Source: Dictyostelium discoideum (Eukaryota). Taken from it: DNA of 64,000 nt. The stretch spans positions 1,760,001 through 1,824,000 of the forward strand of contig CM000151.3 in NCBI GenBank assembly GCA_000004695.1, in the 5' to 3' direction. Position 1 is the stretch's first letter; every line of letters starts with the position of its first letter. The translations under genes and the position numbers were made by a program. A model generated the notes under the pieces. The model ran no database searches. It was not told where the DNA came from and saw only the letters and a program-made list of their open reading frames with translations. Of the stretch, positions 35,207 through 49,117 are shown in pieces.

Positions 35207-35589
35207 GTTGTTATTTTTATTTATTGATTTAAATATATATTTTTTTTATTATTGTTTATTGTTTTTTTTTTTTTTTACTGTTTAATGTTTTTTTTTTTTT
35301 TTTTGGGGTTTTTAAAATTTATTTTTGCATGCTCCAACTCATAAAAAAAAAATCTTTTTTAAAAAATTAATTTCGAAAATTTACAATCTCAATCACTTTT
35401 TATTTTGAATATTATTATTATTATTTTATTTTTTTTTTTTTTTTTTTTAAATTTGAGATAATATTTATTATAATAAATAATTATTATTGTTTTTTTTGGA
35501 AAATAAAAAAATAAAAATAAAATAAAAAAATAAAAATAAAAAATAATAAAAAAATTAAAAAATAAAAATAAAAGTAATAAATAAATAAT

Positions 35590-35690
35590 TAAATAATTAA
35601 ATAATTAAATAATTAAATAATTAAATAATTAAATAATTAAAAAAATAATTAAATAATTAAATAATTAAATAATTAAATAAATAAATAAAT
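35590..35690. repeat. (TAAATAAT)n 8-bp tandem repeat
   Basis: Direct reading: aaataattaaataattaaataatt..., about 12 units. Confidence 0.8.
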
Positions 35691-36153
35691 AAATATATAA
35701 TTAAATAAATAAATAAAAAAAATTGGATAAAAAAATAAAAATATGTCTTAATAATCCAAAAAAAAAAAAAAAAAAAAAAAAAATATGTAACGAGTGAATT
35801 AACAATGATCACCTTAAAAAAAAAGAAAGGCATCATACTTAAAATACCAACACAAACCTCTTCTTAAAAATATATTTTATTTACAATATATATATATATA
35901 TACATATACTGCATATATAAATTTATTTATCCACTCACGCGCACACACACTCACATAAATCATTTCATTTCTATATAGACAATACATATCTATATCTGGA
36001 ATCCAATAAATAAAACATTAATTTTTTTTTTTTTAATTTTTTTTTTCTTTATTAAATTTTTTAATTTTAATTTTAATTTTTTTTTTAATTTTTTTTTTTT
36101 AATTTTTTTTATTAATTTATTAACAAACTTTGGATATTTAAAATATTTTTTTA

Positions 36154-36185
36154 TTATTTAAAATTATCATTACCGCCAATACCAA

Positions 36186-36279
<94 letters not shown>

Positions 36280-38254
36280 TTCGAAATCAATAATATTGGC
36301 ATTGTAATATAATTCTTTTTTCTTCTTTTTCTCTTCACTATTTTGATTTTGAGTATTATGATTTACAATTAAGACATCAACATTTGAATTTGAATTTGAA
36401 TTTGAATTAATTTTTTTCTTTAAAAATAAAAAACCAAATAAAATTGCAAATCCAAATGAGAGAAAGAATAAACACGCACCATAATAATAGAATTGAGTTT
36501 TAATATCTAAATTTAAAAATTGTTTACCAACAGCAGATTGAACCAATACTTGTATTGTTAATGCTACCATAATATTAAATGAAAATAATACACCAATTCT
36601 ACTTGATAATTTCTTTGCAATTTGAACATTTACAATTGGTGAAACAAATTCAAAACAACAATTATAAATTATAAAACTTAATGCACTAACAACTGTACTT
36701 CCACCAAATCCCATCAAAACCAATAATCCACCACCTAATAATCCAAATAAAACTAAAATAATACCTTGAATATTATTCTTTTTTTTTTAAAAAATAAATA
36801 AAAAATAAAAAATTAATAAAAGTGTTTAAATAAATTTTTCACATTATAAAAAAAAAAAAAAAAAAAAAAATGAAAAAAATCCAACGAAACACCCCACCCG
36901 GGTGGGGGTGAATTTATTTAAATTACTTACAATTTTATTACCCAATTTTGAAGGTATAATTGCAAAAAATGACGCAAAGAAATATGCACTTGCAGATATA
37001 TAACCATTCCAACTTTGTTCATCATTTACTTGTAAAAATAAATTTTGCCAATCTATATAAAATTTTATATATATAAATAATTAGTATAATAAATAAATAT
37101 TTTTAATATAATTTTACATAATAATATTTACAAGTTATAACTATTTGATGAATTGAAATTGCAATACCACTCCAAATATACCATCTAACAATATCAGCAT
37201 TTTTAAAAGTACCAAATAAATCACTAATCACTTCTTTTAGTGAAAATTTTTGATCAATTTTATAATTTGAGAAACCTAATGCTAATATTAATGCAAGAAT
37301 GTTCGTACCACATGCAATACTTAATAAATAAACCAATGGTAATCTTTGTTCAACCAATAATTGTCCTAAAAGACCTGACGATACAATACCAACTAAATAA
37401 CCTGCATTTACACGACATGCCATTTTTTGGTATTCACTCGTATCTAAACTAAAATAAATATATGCCAAGAATACTGTATAAGCACTATACGATAATCCTT
37501 CTGTAATTTGTTCTAATATCATCCATATTATATTATTTGTACTTAATAATACACCAATCGTTAATATTTTCGCAACCATTCCAATAATTATTATAACCTA
37601 ATATAGATTTGAAAGAAAAAAAAAAAAAAAAAAAAAGTTAGATTTATAAATCTATGAATATGTATCTATAAAATTAAAAAAGAAACATACTTTATAACCA
37701 ATAATTTCACCTAAAATTCCAAATATTAATAAAAATACAAAGTATGAGTAGGTCCAATATGGATAGATTTCTTGGTAAACCTATAATAAAAGTTGTTAAA
37801 AATACTATATAAATAAAATTTTAAAAAAAAAAAAAAAAAAAAAAAGTACACATACAATTGTTTGATTAATTCCTAAAACATTTGTAAAATAATCAACTAA
37901 ATATGGTTCTGAAGGGTCGAATGAAAATAAAAATGAGAATGAACAATATTTTAAAAATGGTTTGATTTCTTGAAAATAACTTTTAATTCTCGGTATTAAA
38001 TTATTATAAAAGTTAATTTTATTATTATTGTTGATAATATTATTATTATTATTATTTTTATTATTATTATTATCAATTTCTTTATATGGTTCATAGTTAT
38101 TTATACTAATATAATTTCTTTTATTATTATCATTTTCTAAGTTATCATTATTTTCATTTTCATTTTCATCTTCATCTTGATTTCTTATAAAATTTTGATT
38201 TCGATATTTATTATTTGGTAGCAATAATGTATTTTCTTTATCACTATCCTCCAT
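36154..38254 (-). CDS. SLC19-family (reduced folate carrier / thiamine transporter-like) membrane transporter, about 560 aa, 5 exons: 38254..37856, 37780..37691, 37597..37132, 37052..36931, 36777..36154
   Basis: Exon 1 (ORF 37805..38254) ends ...FLFSFDPSEPYLVDYFTNVLGINQTI; PSEP(F/Y)L is the SLC19 N-terminal signature. Donor GTATGT at 37855. Exon 2 (30 aa) VYQEIYPYWTYSYFVFLLIFGILGEIIGYK parallels ThTr1 EIFPVWTYSYLVLLLPVF..RYK. Exon 3 contains ORF 37103..37579; GTAAAT donor at 37131. Exon 4 is (Y)WQNLFLQVNDEQSWNGYISASAYFFASFFAIIPSKLGNKI; donor GTAAGT at 36930. Exon 5 is ORF 36154..36723, extended 5' to the acceptor at 36779..36778. Exon phases were checked by hand and stay in frame: 0, 0, 1, 0. 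Confidence 0.75.
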
Positions 38255-38645
38255 TTGCTTGATATTATTTTTATCTATATATTTGTTGTTTTTTAAAAAA
38301 AAAAATATTTAATAAAAAAAAAACAGATTAATATAAGGTGTTTTTTTTTTTTTAAAAAATTTTTTATTTTTTCTGAAACAGAAAGGGTTTGTGGTTTATT
38401 GTCAAAAGAGAGAATAAGAAAAAAAAAAAAAGAAAAAAAAAAAAAAAAAAAAAAAAATGCTTATTTTTTTTTTATTTTTTTTTTTATTTTTAGTGTAAAA
38501 TGATGATGTGCACATAGGTTTACATACATTATGTCTGGTATCAAAGAAAAAAAAAGAAAATAAGACACTAGACTATAACCATTGCAAAGGTGATGGGTTT
38601 CACCTTTGAGTCAATATTGTATAAGATTGTCAAGTCAATAAGGTG

Positions 38646-38687
<42 letters not shown>

Positions 38688-38822
38688 TCTTTGGCTCGGT
38701 CTTGCAATAAAAAACAAAAAATCGGCATTTTTCGGTTAAAATAAAAATTTTTTTTTTTTTTTATATTTTATTAATAGTTGGGCTGAACATAACATTTTTT
38801 AAAAAAAAAAAAATTATTACTC

Positions 38823-38990
<168 letters not shown>

Positions 38991-39832
38991 AAATCTTTTA
39001 GATTTTTAGTAATTGCACTTTAAATAAAGAGTTTGGTTTTAATATTATTACAATGCAAAAATTACAAAATTTCAACTTTACTAAAGAAATTTCTTTTTAA
39101 ATTTTTTAATCTATTTTAAAATAAATAAATAGTTAACTTTTTTTGTTTTTTGAATTCAAAATTTTTTTTTATTTTATAAAATAATAATATTACCCTTATT
39201 CAAAATGATTATTAATAATAATAATATTATTAATACAAAGGATTGTCTTTGTTGGAAAAATATTAAAAATTCATTGTGCTTTTTCTAATACTTATACAAA
39301 TAATTTTCAATTATTTTGGCAAAAAAATTATAAATAATATCAAAAGATGCCTCTAAATAAATAAATAAATAAAAAAAAAAAATAAAAAAAAAAATTGTTG
39401 ATTAGTTTTAAAAATAGAGTGAAAAATTTGAAAAGAAATTTCCAGTTTGATACCAGCAAAAAAAAAAAAAAAAAAATATCTGAAAAGTGAAGAAAATTTT
39501 CAAAGATTTTTTTTAAAAACAGTTCAATTTAAACGAAATTAAATAAAAATTAATTAAAAAAAAAAAAAATTAATTGAAACCATTCAACAATTCAAAAGTG
39601 GGTATTGTAGTGTTTTTTTTTGAAAAAAATCTTTGCATAATGAAACAGTTCCATAAGAAAAAAATATTAAAAAAGATTTTCCAGTGATTCTATTATTAAA
39701 ATTTTATTTTTTTATTTTTTTATTTTTTTTTGTTAATACCATTTTTTTTATCTATTAATTCTTTCCTTCTTTTTTTTTTTCTTTTTTTCTTTTCATTCAA
39801 GAAGAACAAAAAAAAAAAAAGAAGAAAAAAAA

Positions 39833-41293
39833 ATGACCAAATTATCTTCTGTTGGATTATTATCTTTAGTTGGAGTTTCTTTAGTTGCAGGAGATCACTA
39901 TTCATGTGATCAAATGAAAAAATTATCACATGAATATTTTCCAGAATCAGTTGCCGATAATATGATTTGTCTTTCCTTCCATTCTAGTGGATGGAATTCA
40001 ATTTCAAATACTAAAAATTCCATTGGTTTGTGGTATGTATGAATAAATAAATTAAATTAACCTGATAAAAAAAAAAGCATTAACTAACTTTTTTTATTTT
40101 TTTTTTATTTTATTTTAATTTAAATTTTATTTATATTATAATACTTTCATTTCTATTTTTATTTTTTTGTTTTTAATTTTTTTTTTTTTTTTTTATTTTT
40201 TTTTTAATCATTTTTTTTTAATCATTTTTTTTTAATCATTTTTTTTTAATCATTTTTTTTTAATCATTTTTTTTTTTTTTTTTTTTTTTTTTTATTTTTT
40301 TTTTTTTTTTTATTTTTATATGTAGGAATGTAAGAAAAGATTTCTGTCATTCATTATGTAGTTCAATATGTAAAAGTCCAAAGGATTTATATAAACCAGA
40401 AATTAATGCACAATGTTGCTGAAATGGTTTATACTGAATTTGGTTATAATCATTGGGATGCATGGAACAAAGGAAAATGTAATGGTTGGAACCAATGTGG
40501 TATTAGCACATCAGTTAATGGTGATGACAATGTTGGTGCCGCTATTACAGGTAGTGGAGGTGTAAGTGGCAGCGGTAGTGGTAGTGTTGTTGATGTTAAA
40601 GACAATGGCGATGTAAAAGCAGCTATCACAGGTAGTGGAGGCGTAAGTGGTGATAACGATGTAAAAGCAGCTATCACAGGTAGTGGAGGTGTAAGTGGTA
40701 GTGATGATGTTGTTAAAGCAGCTATTACAGGTAGTGGAGGTGTAAGCGGCAGTGGTAGAGGTAGTGTTGTTGATGTTAAAGACAATGGTGACGTAAATGC
40801 AGCTATCACAGGTAGTGGAGGTGTAAGTGGTAGTGGTTCAACCATTCCAGTCATGGCAGCTATTACAGGTACAGGTAGCAGTGGTAGTGGAACTACAATT
40901 CCAGTTAAATCAGAAGTTTTCTCAGCAACTGGTGATAGCACTATCCCAGTTTTAGAAGATGTTCAAGCAGCCATCACAGGTAGTGGAGGTGTAAGTGGTA
41001 GTGGTAGTGGTAGCGTTGTTGATGTTAAAGACAATGGTGATGTAAATGCAGCTATCACAGGTAGCGGGGGCGTAAGTGGTGATAATGACGTTCAAGCAGC
41101 TATCACAGGTACAGGTAGCAGTGGTAGTGGTTCAACCATTCCAGTCATGGCAGCTATTACAGGTACAGGTAGCAGTGGTAGCGGAACTACAATTCCAGTT
41201 AAATCTGAAATTTTCTCAGCAACTGGTGACAGTAATATCCCAGTTTTAGATGAAATTTACTCAGCAACTGGTGATAGTACAATTCCAGTTTAA
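39833..41293 (+). CDS. Secreted Cys-containing N-terminal region fused to a Gly/Ser-rich tandem-repeat protein (AAITGSGGVSG... units in two ~390-bp higher-order repeats); at least 2 exons, exon 1-2 junction unresolved
   Basis: Exon 1 (39833..about 40036) MTKLSSVGLLSLVGVSLVAG... is a signal peptide followed by Cys residues, and ends at a GTATGT/GTATGA donor at 40033-40042. The main ORF 40406..41293 is in the same genomic frame, is open back to 40334, and encodes KCNGWNQCG then repeats AAITGSGGVSGSGSGSVVDVKDNGDV / TIPVMAAITGTGSSGSGTTIPVKSE(V/I)FSATGDS. Candidate acceptors at 40325/40339 give either a Cys-rich 27-aa frame that stops at 40411 or a continuous frame. A 1-bp indel or an unconventional acceptor is possible. 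Antisense ORF 40450..40941 is an artefact. Confidence 0.55.
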
Positions 41294-42093
41294 ATCCTCA
41301 ATTTATTAATAAATAATTTAAAACCTGATTGTATAATAAAGTTTTAAATCATTTTTTAAAAAATTTCTTTTTATCTAATTATTATTATTATGTATTTTTA
41401 TAAAATGAATCCAAATTGTTTATTATTTATTTATTTAAATTATTTTTTTATTTTTTTATTTTTTTTTAACATTTAACATTTTAAATTCTAAATTAAATGC
41501 TAATTAGGTTACAAAACCAATATTATTATTAATTCTAATATTTTCAAATAATTTTAAAAAAAATAGTTGGTGATGATTTTCTAAAAGATAATTTATTACT
41601 TTATAAGAACTGTGAGTCCAAATTTGTTGATTTTTGTTAACCTTTCTTCAATTGAAAAATTTATTATTTGTTTTATTTTTGGAAATTATATGGGAATAAA
41701 TATAATCCAAAATATTTTCAATTTTCTAACAAAAGTTTGAATAATGTAAATATTTTAAAATATCCTTATAAACCAAATAGTTTCCATATTTTTAAAAAAA
41801 ATTTCAAGTAATTCTATATTTTTTTTAATCATTATTATTCATTATAGTTATTGTTAATGGTCCTGTTGTTGTAGTTGTTGGTACTGGCGTTGTTTTTGAT
41901 TTTTTTAATTTTTCATTTCATCTTTGATAATTTTAAATAAAAATTTAAAATATCTTTTTTTAAATTTTTTTAATAGGTTCTTTTATTGTGTTTTTTTAAT
42001 CAGTTTATTTTTTTTTTTTTTTTTTTTTTTTTTTGACTTTTTTTTTATTTTTTTTTGACTTTTTTTTTGTATACACTGAAGTAGTAAAGTAAA

Positions 42094-43126
42094 ATGTCTA
42101 TTGAACCAAAAACATTTCAATGTAAGAATTAAATAATATATTTATAAACTTTTTATTTATACCATCAGATTACTAATTATTTTTTTTTTTTTTTTTTCTT
42201 TAGATTATAAACATACATTTTCAATCTATTATGATGGATGGGAAATTCCTGATGATATTGAAAATTTAGCATTAGGAGAAGGTATTGATATTGATAATTT
42301 AATAATACCAGATACAGTCGAATGTTTATTATTAATGGATGGATTTGATAAAGAGATTAAAGAAGGATTTATATCAGACACAATTAATGAATTATTTATA
42401 TTAGATATAAAGCAACCATTATCAATTGGATCAATTGGTGAATCAATATTATGGTTAGAATTTGGAGATGGATATAATCATCCAATTACCAAAGGTATAA
42501 TTCCAAACTCTGTTGAATGTTTATATTTAAGAAATATTAAAAAAGAATTATCAAATGACTCAATACCAAATTCAATTGAAAAATTATATTTATATGATGG
42601 GTTTAATCAAAATCTATCATTTTTAACATCATCATCAACATCAACATCATCACTTAAAAATTTATATATTTATAATATTGGTAATAATATATTAAATATT
42701 GGATCAATACCAAATACAATTAAATTATTATATTTTGGTGATGGTTTTAATGAAACTATATTACCAAATTTGATACCACCAAATGTAAATACACTTTATT
42801 TACGTGATATTAAAAAAGCATTAATAAAAAACTCACTGTCACCAACTATAACATCACTTTATTTAAATGAAGGGTTTAATCAACCAATTACCACCGAAAT
42901 TTTATCATCATGTAAAAATTTAAAAAATTTATATATGTATGATATTAAACAACCTTTATTTTTAAATGATGATGATGATGATTTTAATTTATCAATTGAA
43001 TCAATTCATTTAATGCCTGGATTTAATCAAATTTTAAAAAATGGAAATTTATTAAAATTTGGATTTAAAAATTTATACATTTATGATATTAATCAACCAT
43101 TAATACCAAATGAATCAATAATACCA

Positions 43127-43186
<60 letters not shown>

Positions 43187-43549
43187 TATAATATTAATTT
43201 ATTGCATATTAGTGGTAATTATAAATTTAAATTAAGTAAAGGTATAATACCATCAAATAGTAATACTAAAATTTCAAATTTATATATTGGTAATTTAAAT
43301 GAACCATTAATACCAAACGAATCAATACCAAATAATGTTGAATCACTTCATTTTGGAAGTGGTTATCAATTTAAAATTACAAGTGATTTAATACCACCAA
43401 GTGTTTTAAATTTATATTTATATGATATAAATGAACCAATAACAAATGAATCAATTCCAAAAACTCTTAAAACTATTTATATTTCAAGTCAATATGAACA
43501 TCCAATTAATAATTTAATTTCTAAAAATTATGAAATTAAAAAAATTTAA
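42094..43549 (+). CDS. FNIP-repeat-containing protein (Dictyostelium-specific repeat family), about 447 aa, 2 exons: 42094..42121 and 42204..43549
   Basis: Exon 1 is MSIEPKTFQ with a GTAAGA donor at 42122. The 82-bp intron ends cttTAG at 42203. Exon 2 runs in frame into ORF 42335..43549. Repeated 22-aa units IPNSVE.LYL..GFNQ.I.. / IPNTIKLLYFGDGFNETILPNLIPPNVNTLYL are the FNIP repeat (Pfam PF05725) by established pattern. Also contains a coding (AAT)n poly-N tract. Confidence 0.85.
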
Positions 43550-44034
43550 ATAAAATAAATAAGACAAGGTTGTTTGTTTTGTTTGTTATTAATTTTTATA
43601 TTTCGACTATATGTATATTATATATATACAATCATAATAAATTTTTTTTTTTTTTTTTATTATTATTTGTTTTTTTTTTTTTTTTTTTTTTTTTTTTTGA
43701 ATTAAAAAAAAAATCTCCTATTAATAATAAGTTCTAAATATATATAAAAAAAAGAAGTGCGCTATGTGTACATTTGTGTATATTGTTTTGTTTTGTTTTT
43801 GGATATTTTTTTTTTTTTCTAAACAATTATTTCATTTTCACTTGCACCACATTTTTCAACTAAATTTTGTTTTGATTCTTTTTTAATTAATGTACCTTCA
43901 AAATGAATTATACCATCAGTTTCAATTTCTTTTGGTTCATTTTGATCATAAAGTGTATGACTAAAATAATAATTATAAATTAGTATTAGTATTATTAAAA
44001 ATTAATTAAAAATTAATATAAAATATATTTATAT

Positions 44035-45418
44035 TTACTTTTGATATTTATAAATCCATTGATCATTAACTTTTTTAAATAATCTTGGTTCCCATTCTAT
44101 ATTATTTTCTTTTCTATCTTTTACTCTTTTTCTTTGTTCATCTTCTAATTTATTCTTTTCAAATGTTGCATCTTTTTGATTTTTCTTTATGATTGCATGT
44201 GAAACTTTTTGCCATAATCTTTGAGATTCAAATTCTTCTTGTTCAGAGATTTGTCTCGTTATCATTTGAGTTTTAACTGCATCATTACAATCCCATAAAA
44301 TATCATTTGTAGATCCATTCTTTTTCTTTGATGATGATGACGACGATGATAAAGTGATTTCAACTTTTTTATCCCATTTTCCATTAAATGTATGAGTTGT
44401 TTCATTACCTTTTTTAATTTTACCACAAACTACATTATATTCACCACCAAACATTGGTTTTGCTTTAAAATCCATTTCAACTTTTATATTGGTTTGTTTA
44501 CATGATATCGTTGAATTGCCCACAATCTCTGTTAACAATGTACCAAATATAATACCTCTTGCCACCGCTGTAGGAAAGGTAATAACATATTCCTCTTGAA
44601 GTCCTAATAATGTTAATGTACTACTACCATCCACTATCACTGCCATTGAATTACCTAAAAATTTCGAACGTGGATTAATTGTACCAGTCATTGTATATCC
44701 ATCCTTTCTATTTGATAAATAAATACATGAAACTGGTGGATGATGTGAAATTTGTTCTGCAACCATTATACAATTACTATTTGTTTCTTTAAATTCCCAT
44801 CTAGTTCTAAAAATTTCACCTAACTAAAAATAAAAAAAAAAAATAAAAAAAAAAATAAAAATAAAAAAAAAAAGTATAAATTTATATAAGTATAAAAAAA
44901 AAGGGATGTATAAATATATATTTATATGTATATATACTACATACAATTGGATTATAAGGTTTTTGTAAACCTTTCTTTCTATAATGAAAAGCAGATAAAT
45001 ACCATTTTGTAATTAAATGCATTCTATCCATTGGTGACTCTAATTTTGATAAATTACATAAAATTTCACCATGAATCATATTATCTGTAAATTTCTCCAA
45101 TAATGATCTTGGTTCTAATATAAAGGTTGGTAATGGTACTCTTGATAAATCAACACCAATCTTTAATTCTGATAATAATGAAATCAATAAATTTCTTGGT
45201 TCTTCCTCTAAAACTTCTTCAATAGGTGGTGATGGTGGTGATGTTGATTGTTCCCCATTCATTAATTGTGATGAATCAGTTGGTGATGATGATATACTAT
45301 TATTATTACTACTATTATTACTACTATTATTATTATGATTATTATTATTTACAATATCTTGTGGTATTGTTGGTGCCACACCAATATTATTAGTTGTTGA
45401 ACTTGTACCAATTTCCAT
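44035..45418 (-). CDS. Oxysterol-binding protein (OSBP/ORP) family member, 420 aa, 2 exons: 45418..44945 and 44823..44035
   Basis: Exon 1 ends ...KPYNPI (OSBP motif KP(F/Y)NP(I/L)LGETF) at a GTATGT donor (44944..44939). The 121-bp intron ends with acceptor AG at 44825..44824. Exon 2 is LGEIFRTRWEF...MVAEQISHHPPVSCIYL..., containing the OSBP fingerprint EQ(V/I)SHHPP. The supplied ORFs 44882..45418 and 44035..44766 are the two exons. The size is typical of the short Dictyostelium osb genes. Confidence 0.9.
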
Positions 45419-46542
45419 TTTTTTTTTTTTTTTCTTGTTCTATATAGGTTTTTTTCTTTTTTTTTCTTTTTCTTTTTTTTTTTTACTATAACAACACTAA
45501 AGAGAGTTTTTGAAAAAAATGATGAGAATTTTTAAAAAATAAAGCAAAAACAATTGTATTGTGATGGATTTTACCGGAGTTATTGTTTTTTCTTTTTCTT
45601 TTTTTTTTTTTTTTTTTTCCTTATTCTATTTTTTTACTATTGTTATTTAAATTAAATATAAGTATATTGTATGTTTTATGTGTATTATTTTTAAATTAAT
45701 TTAATTGGAATAAAAGAATTAGTACAAAATCAAAATTAATTTTATTTTTTTATTTTTTTTATTTTTATAATATCTACATTAAGTAATGCAAACACACAAA
45801 CACACAAACACACACACATACACACACACGCACAACAAACGTAAATAATTAAAACTGATAGAAGCATTATAAAAAAATAATTAAAAATAAAAAAGTTGTT
45901 TTTTTTTTTTAATCAAAAAAAAATTGTGATATCACATAAAACGAAATTAAGTATAAAGATTGCATATAAAAAAAAATAAAATAATAATAATAAAAACAAT
46001 ATAAAAAAAAATTGTGTAGATATTTACCATATAAAGAGGTTATAATTAGATGAAGGGGAAGGAGTATTTAATTTTTTTTTTTTTTTGAGAATGTATAAAA
46101 AATAGATTATTTATTTATGTTATTATTGTTATTACTATATGATTGAAAAAAAAAAAAAAAAAAGAAAAATAAAAAAAAAACATAAAAAAATAAGGTCTAT
46201 TTAAAATTTGTGTTTAAATGGAATTAAAAAAAAATTTTTTTTTTTTTTTTTACTATGGTACCTTTTAACCACTTTTAGTTTTTTTTAAATTAAAATAATT
46301 AAAAAAAAAAAAGAAAAAGAAAAAATAACACCTAGATTTGGTGTGTGAGTGTGGGAGGGGTAATTGTTTGTCGATAAAGAGTTTAAAAATTATACATACA
46401 AAATTAAACACAGATAGTGACTTTATTTTATTTTTTTTTTTTATATTGAGTTTTATTATTTTAATTTTTTAGTTTTAATTAAAAAAAAATTTTTGTTTTT
46501 ATTGTTTTTATTAATATTTATTTTTAAATTTTTTTTTTAATT

Positions 46543-46544
<2 letters not shown>

Positions 46545-46612
<68 letters not shown>
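46545..46612. repeat. (ATTT)n microsatellite
   Basis: Direct reading, about 17 units. Confidence 0.85.
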
Positions 46613-46613
<1 letters not shown>

Positions 46614-46827
46614 TTATTTTTTTTTTTTAATTGTGTATTACTTAATTATTTTTAAAAAAAAAAAAAAAAAAAAAGTATTTCTTTAATTTTTATTTTATTT
46701 AAATTTGTTTTTTTTTTTTTTATTATTTATTTGAATGTATTTATCTTTTTTTTAAGTTTGTGGTTTTGATGAGTTAAAAAATTATTTTTTGGGTGTGAAA
46801 GTGATAAAAATAAAAAAAATAAAATTG

Positions 46828-46860
<33 letters not shown>

Positions 46861-46965
46861 AGTAACCGATTCGATCACTCATTTTTTTTTCTTTTTTTTT
46901 TTTTTATTTTTAAAAATATTTTTTTTTTTATTTTTTTTTTATTTTTATTTTTAATTTTTAGAATT

Positions 46966-48200
46966 TCAGTTTAAACCAAAAAAATAAAAACTAAAACAGT
47001 AAATTGTTGAATTTAAAACTTGACCAATAGCAAAACCAGCACAAATATCTTCAACAGTATGAGCACGAGTGTAAACTCTATAAGCAGCCATTGACATTAC
47101 CAAAAATCCTCTTTGAAATGGAGAGAGTGAACTGATTGAACTAATAACAATACTAGCAATAGCAGTATGACAAGATGGGAAAGAACTATGATTTGAAAAT
47201 TTATAGCAATATGGTCTTTTGAATGAAGAGAATGATGGTTTAATTAAGAATTCAATCACAAGGAATGGTATAATACATCTATAGAAATTAAAGTTGAAAA
47301 TGTTTAAAAACGAAGTTCCAATCAATAAAGTACACCATAATGTTGATACATCCAATACCGACAAAACAGTTTGTGCCAATCTATTCTCCAATAGCCAAAT
47401 TGGGATCAACCATTTGCTATGGCCGTTTAAACGTTTTCCGCTGAAATTCTCTTTTCTGCAAGTGATCAAGGAATCAATATGTGCAATGCCACCGATAATA
47501 TCGAGTATTCCAGATTGGTTTGGTTGTAGACATTGTATGATTACAATTACCAATGTTTGCACATACGCATACGATACGTAGAAGGCAATCCATTGGTCTT
47601 TGTCCATGTATCCTTCGTCTTTTATTCTTTTACCCAATCTCATCACCAAGTAAATCACTAAATAAAAGTAATATTTCACAGTTGGAAAATAAACAAAACA
47701 AACGAAAAAGAAAAACATTGTCAATAGATGATGTGCTGCAAAGAATAACTTTTGATCAACTTTATATCCCTTCCATGCTGATACCATTCCATTGAATACA
47801 ATTGTAAATATAAATAATCCATAATATTTATTAATTGGCCAATAATTTTCAACTCCATCACTATCACCATCCATCATCCATTTACCAACTATTATATATT
47901 GAATCATTGATATTATTACCATTAAAAATTCAATTATCAACCCATATTTCATACCAAGTGTTAAATATGGTGATATTGTTAATACTTCTACACTTTTTAA
48001 AACTTCTTCATTATTTTTATTATTATTTTTAATTTTTTCTTTTTGTTTTTGAATTATTTGTTGTTTATTAAAATTTATTTGTTCTTGTTGTTCTTGTTGT
48101 TGTTGCTGCTTTTGTTGTTGTAATTGTTTTTGTTTTTCTAAAATACATTCCTGTATTTCTACACATTCTAAAGTACTCTCTGAATAATTACTTTTGTTAT

Positions 48201-48204
<4 letters not shown>
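46966..48204 (-). CDS. PAP2-superfamily (type-2 phosphatidic acid phosphatase-like) integral membrane phosphatase with a Q/E-rich N-terminus, 412 aa
   Basis: ORF contains the tripartite PAP2 motifs KxxxxxxRP (KRPYCYK), SFPSGH-like (SFPSCH) and SRxxxxxHxxxD-like (TRAHTVEDICAGFAIG), plus multiple hydrophobic helices. Start in AAAAAATGG context. The alternative-frame plus-strand ORFs 47294..48032 are artefacts. Confidence 0.8.
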
Positions 48205-48236
<32 letters not shown>

Positions 48237-49074
48237 TGTTTTTTTTATATTATTTTTTTTTTTTTTTTTTTTTATTTATTTAAATATTCTTTTTTAGTAA
48301 TGGTAATTATTTAATTTTTTTTAAATTTTAATAGTTTTAGTTCTTATTATTTTTTTTAAATAAAATTTATTAGTAATTGTTATAAATTATTATAAATTAA
48401 TTATTACTTTTTTTTTTTTTTTTATTCACTTTTTTTTATTATTATTATTTTATATTTTATTATTTTCCTTTGCATATTTAGAAAAAATAAATAAAAAATA
48501 AAAAAAAAATAATAAAAAAGAGAGAAAAGATCAATTTTCTCTAAATTCATACTATCCTCACACAGAGATATGTGTCATTGTATTCTTTTTTTTTTATTTT
48601 TTTTCATTTTAAAAACATGTTTTGTGTGTGCGTGTGTGTGTAAAAAAAAATAAAAATTAAAAAATAAAAAATCTTTTAAAATTTAAACTTAAAATAGGAA
48701 AAGGAAGTATTCCTTTTCAAACAATTTTTTTCATTGCCCAATAAAGTAGCAACTCTAAATGTCCAAGCTTAAAATAAGTTTATTTTTTAATATTGGTTGA
48801 TATGTAATCCTATTTATAAATATATAAATATATATAAAAAAAATAAAAATAAAAATAAAAAAACATTATAAAAACAAATTATTTAATGTATGGTATTATT
48901 TTTTATGAGAGTGAGAGATGGGGTGTGTAGGGTGTAAAAATAGGATATTCTAAAAATCTAACTGTTTAATTGCATTTAAAAAATTACTAATTAGAAATAC
49001 TTTCATAGAAATTTATAATGCAATGGCAATTAAATAAACGAAATGATTGTGCAAATTTGGTAATTTTCAGGATT

Positions 49075-49117
<43 letters not shown>

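Noticed and set aside
39833-40042. Treating ORF 39833..40042 (MTKLSS...GLWYV) as a complete 69-aa gene
   Set aside because: The terminal YV-stop overlaps a GTATGT/GTATGA splice donor, and the peptide is only a signal sequence plus a short Cys-containing stretch. It is more plausibly exon 1 of the downstream repeat gene.
40450-40941. Minus-strand 163-aa ORF (Pro/Leu-rich)
   Set aside because: Antisense translation of the GGT/AGT-rich repeat region of the sense gene.
47294-48032. Three plus-strand ORFs within 46966..48204
   Set aside because: Opposite strand and other frames of the PAP2 gene, which has clear catalytic motifs.
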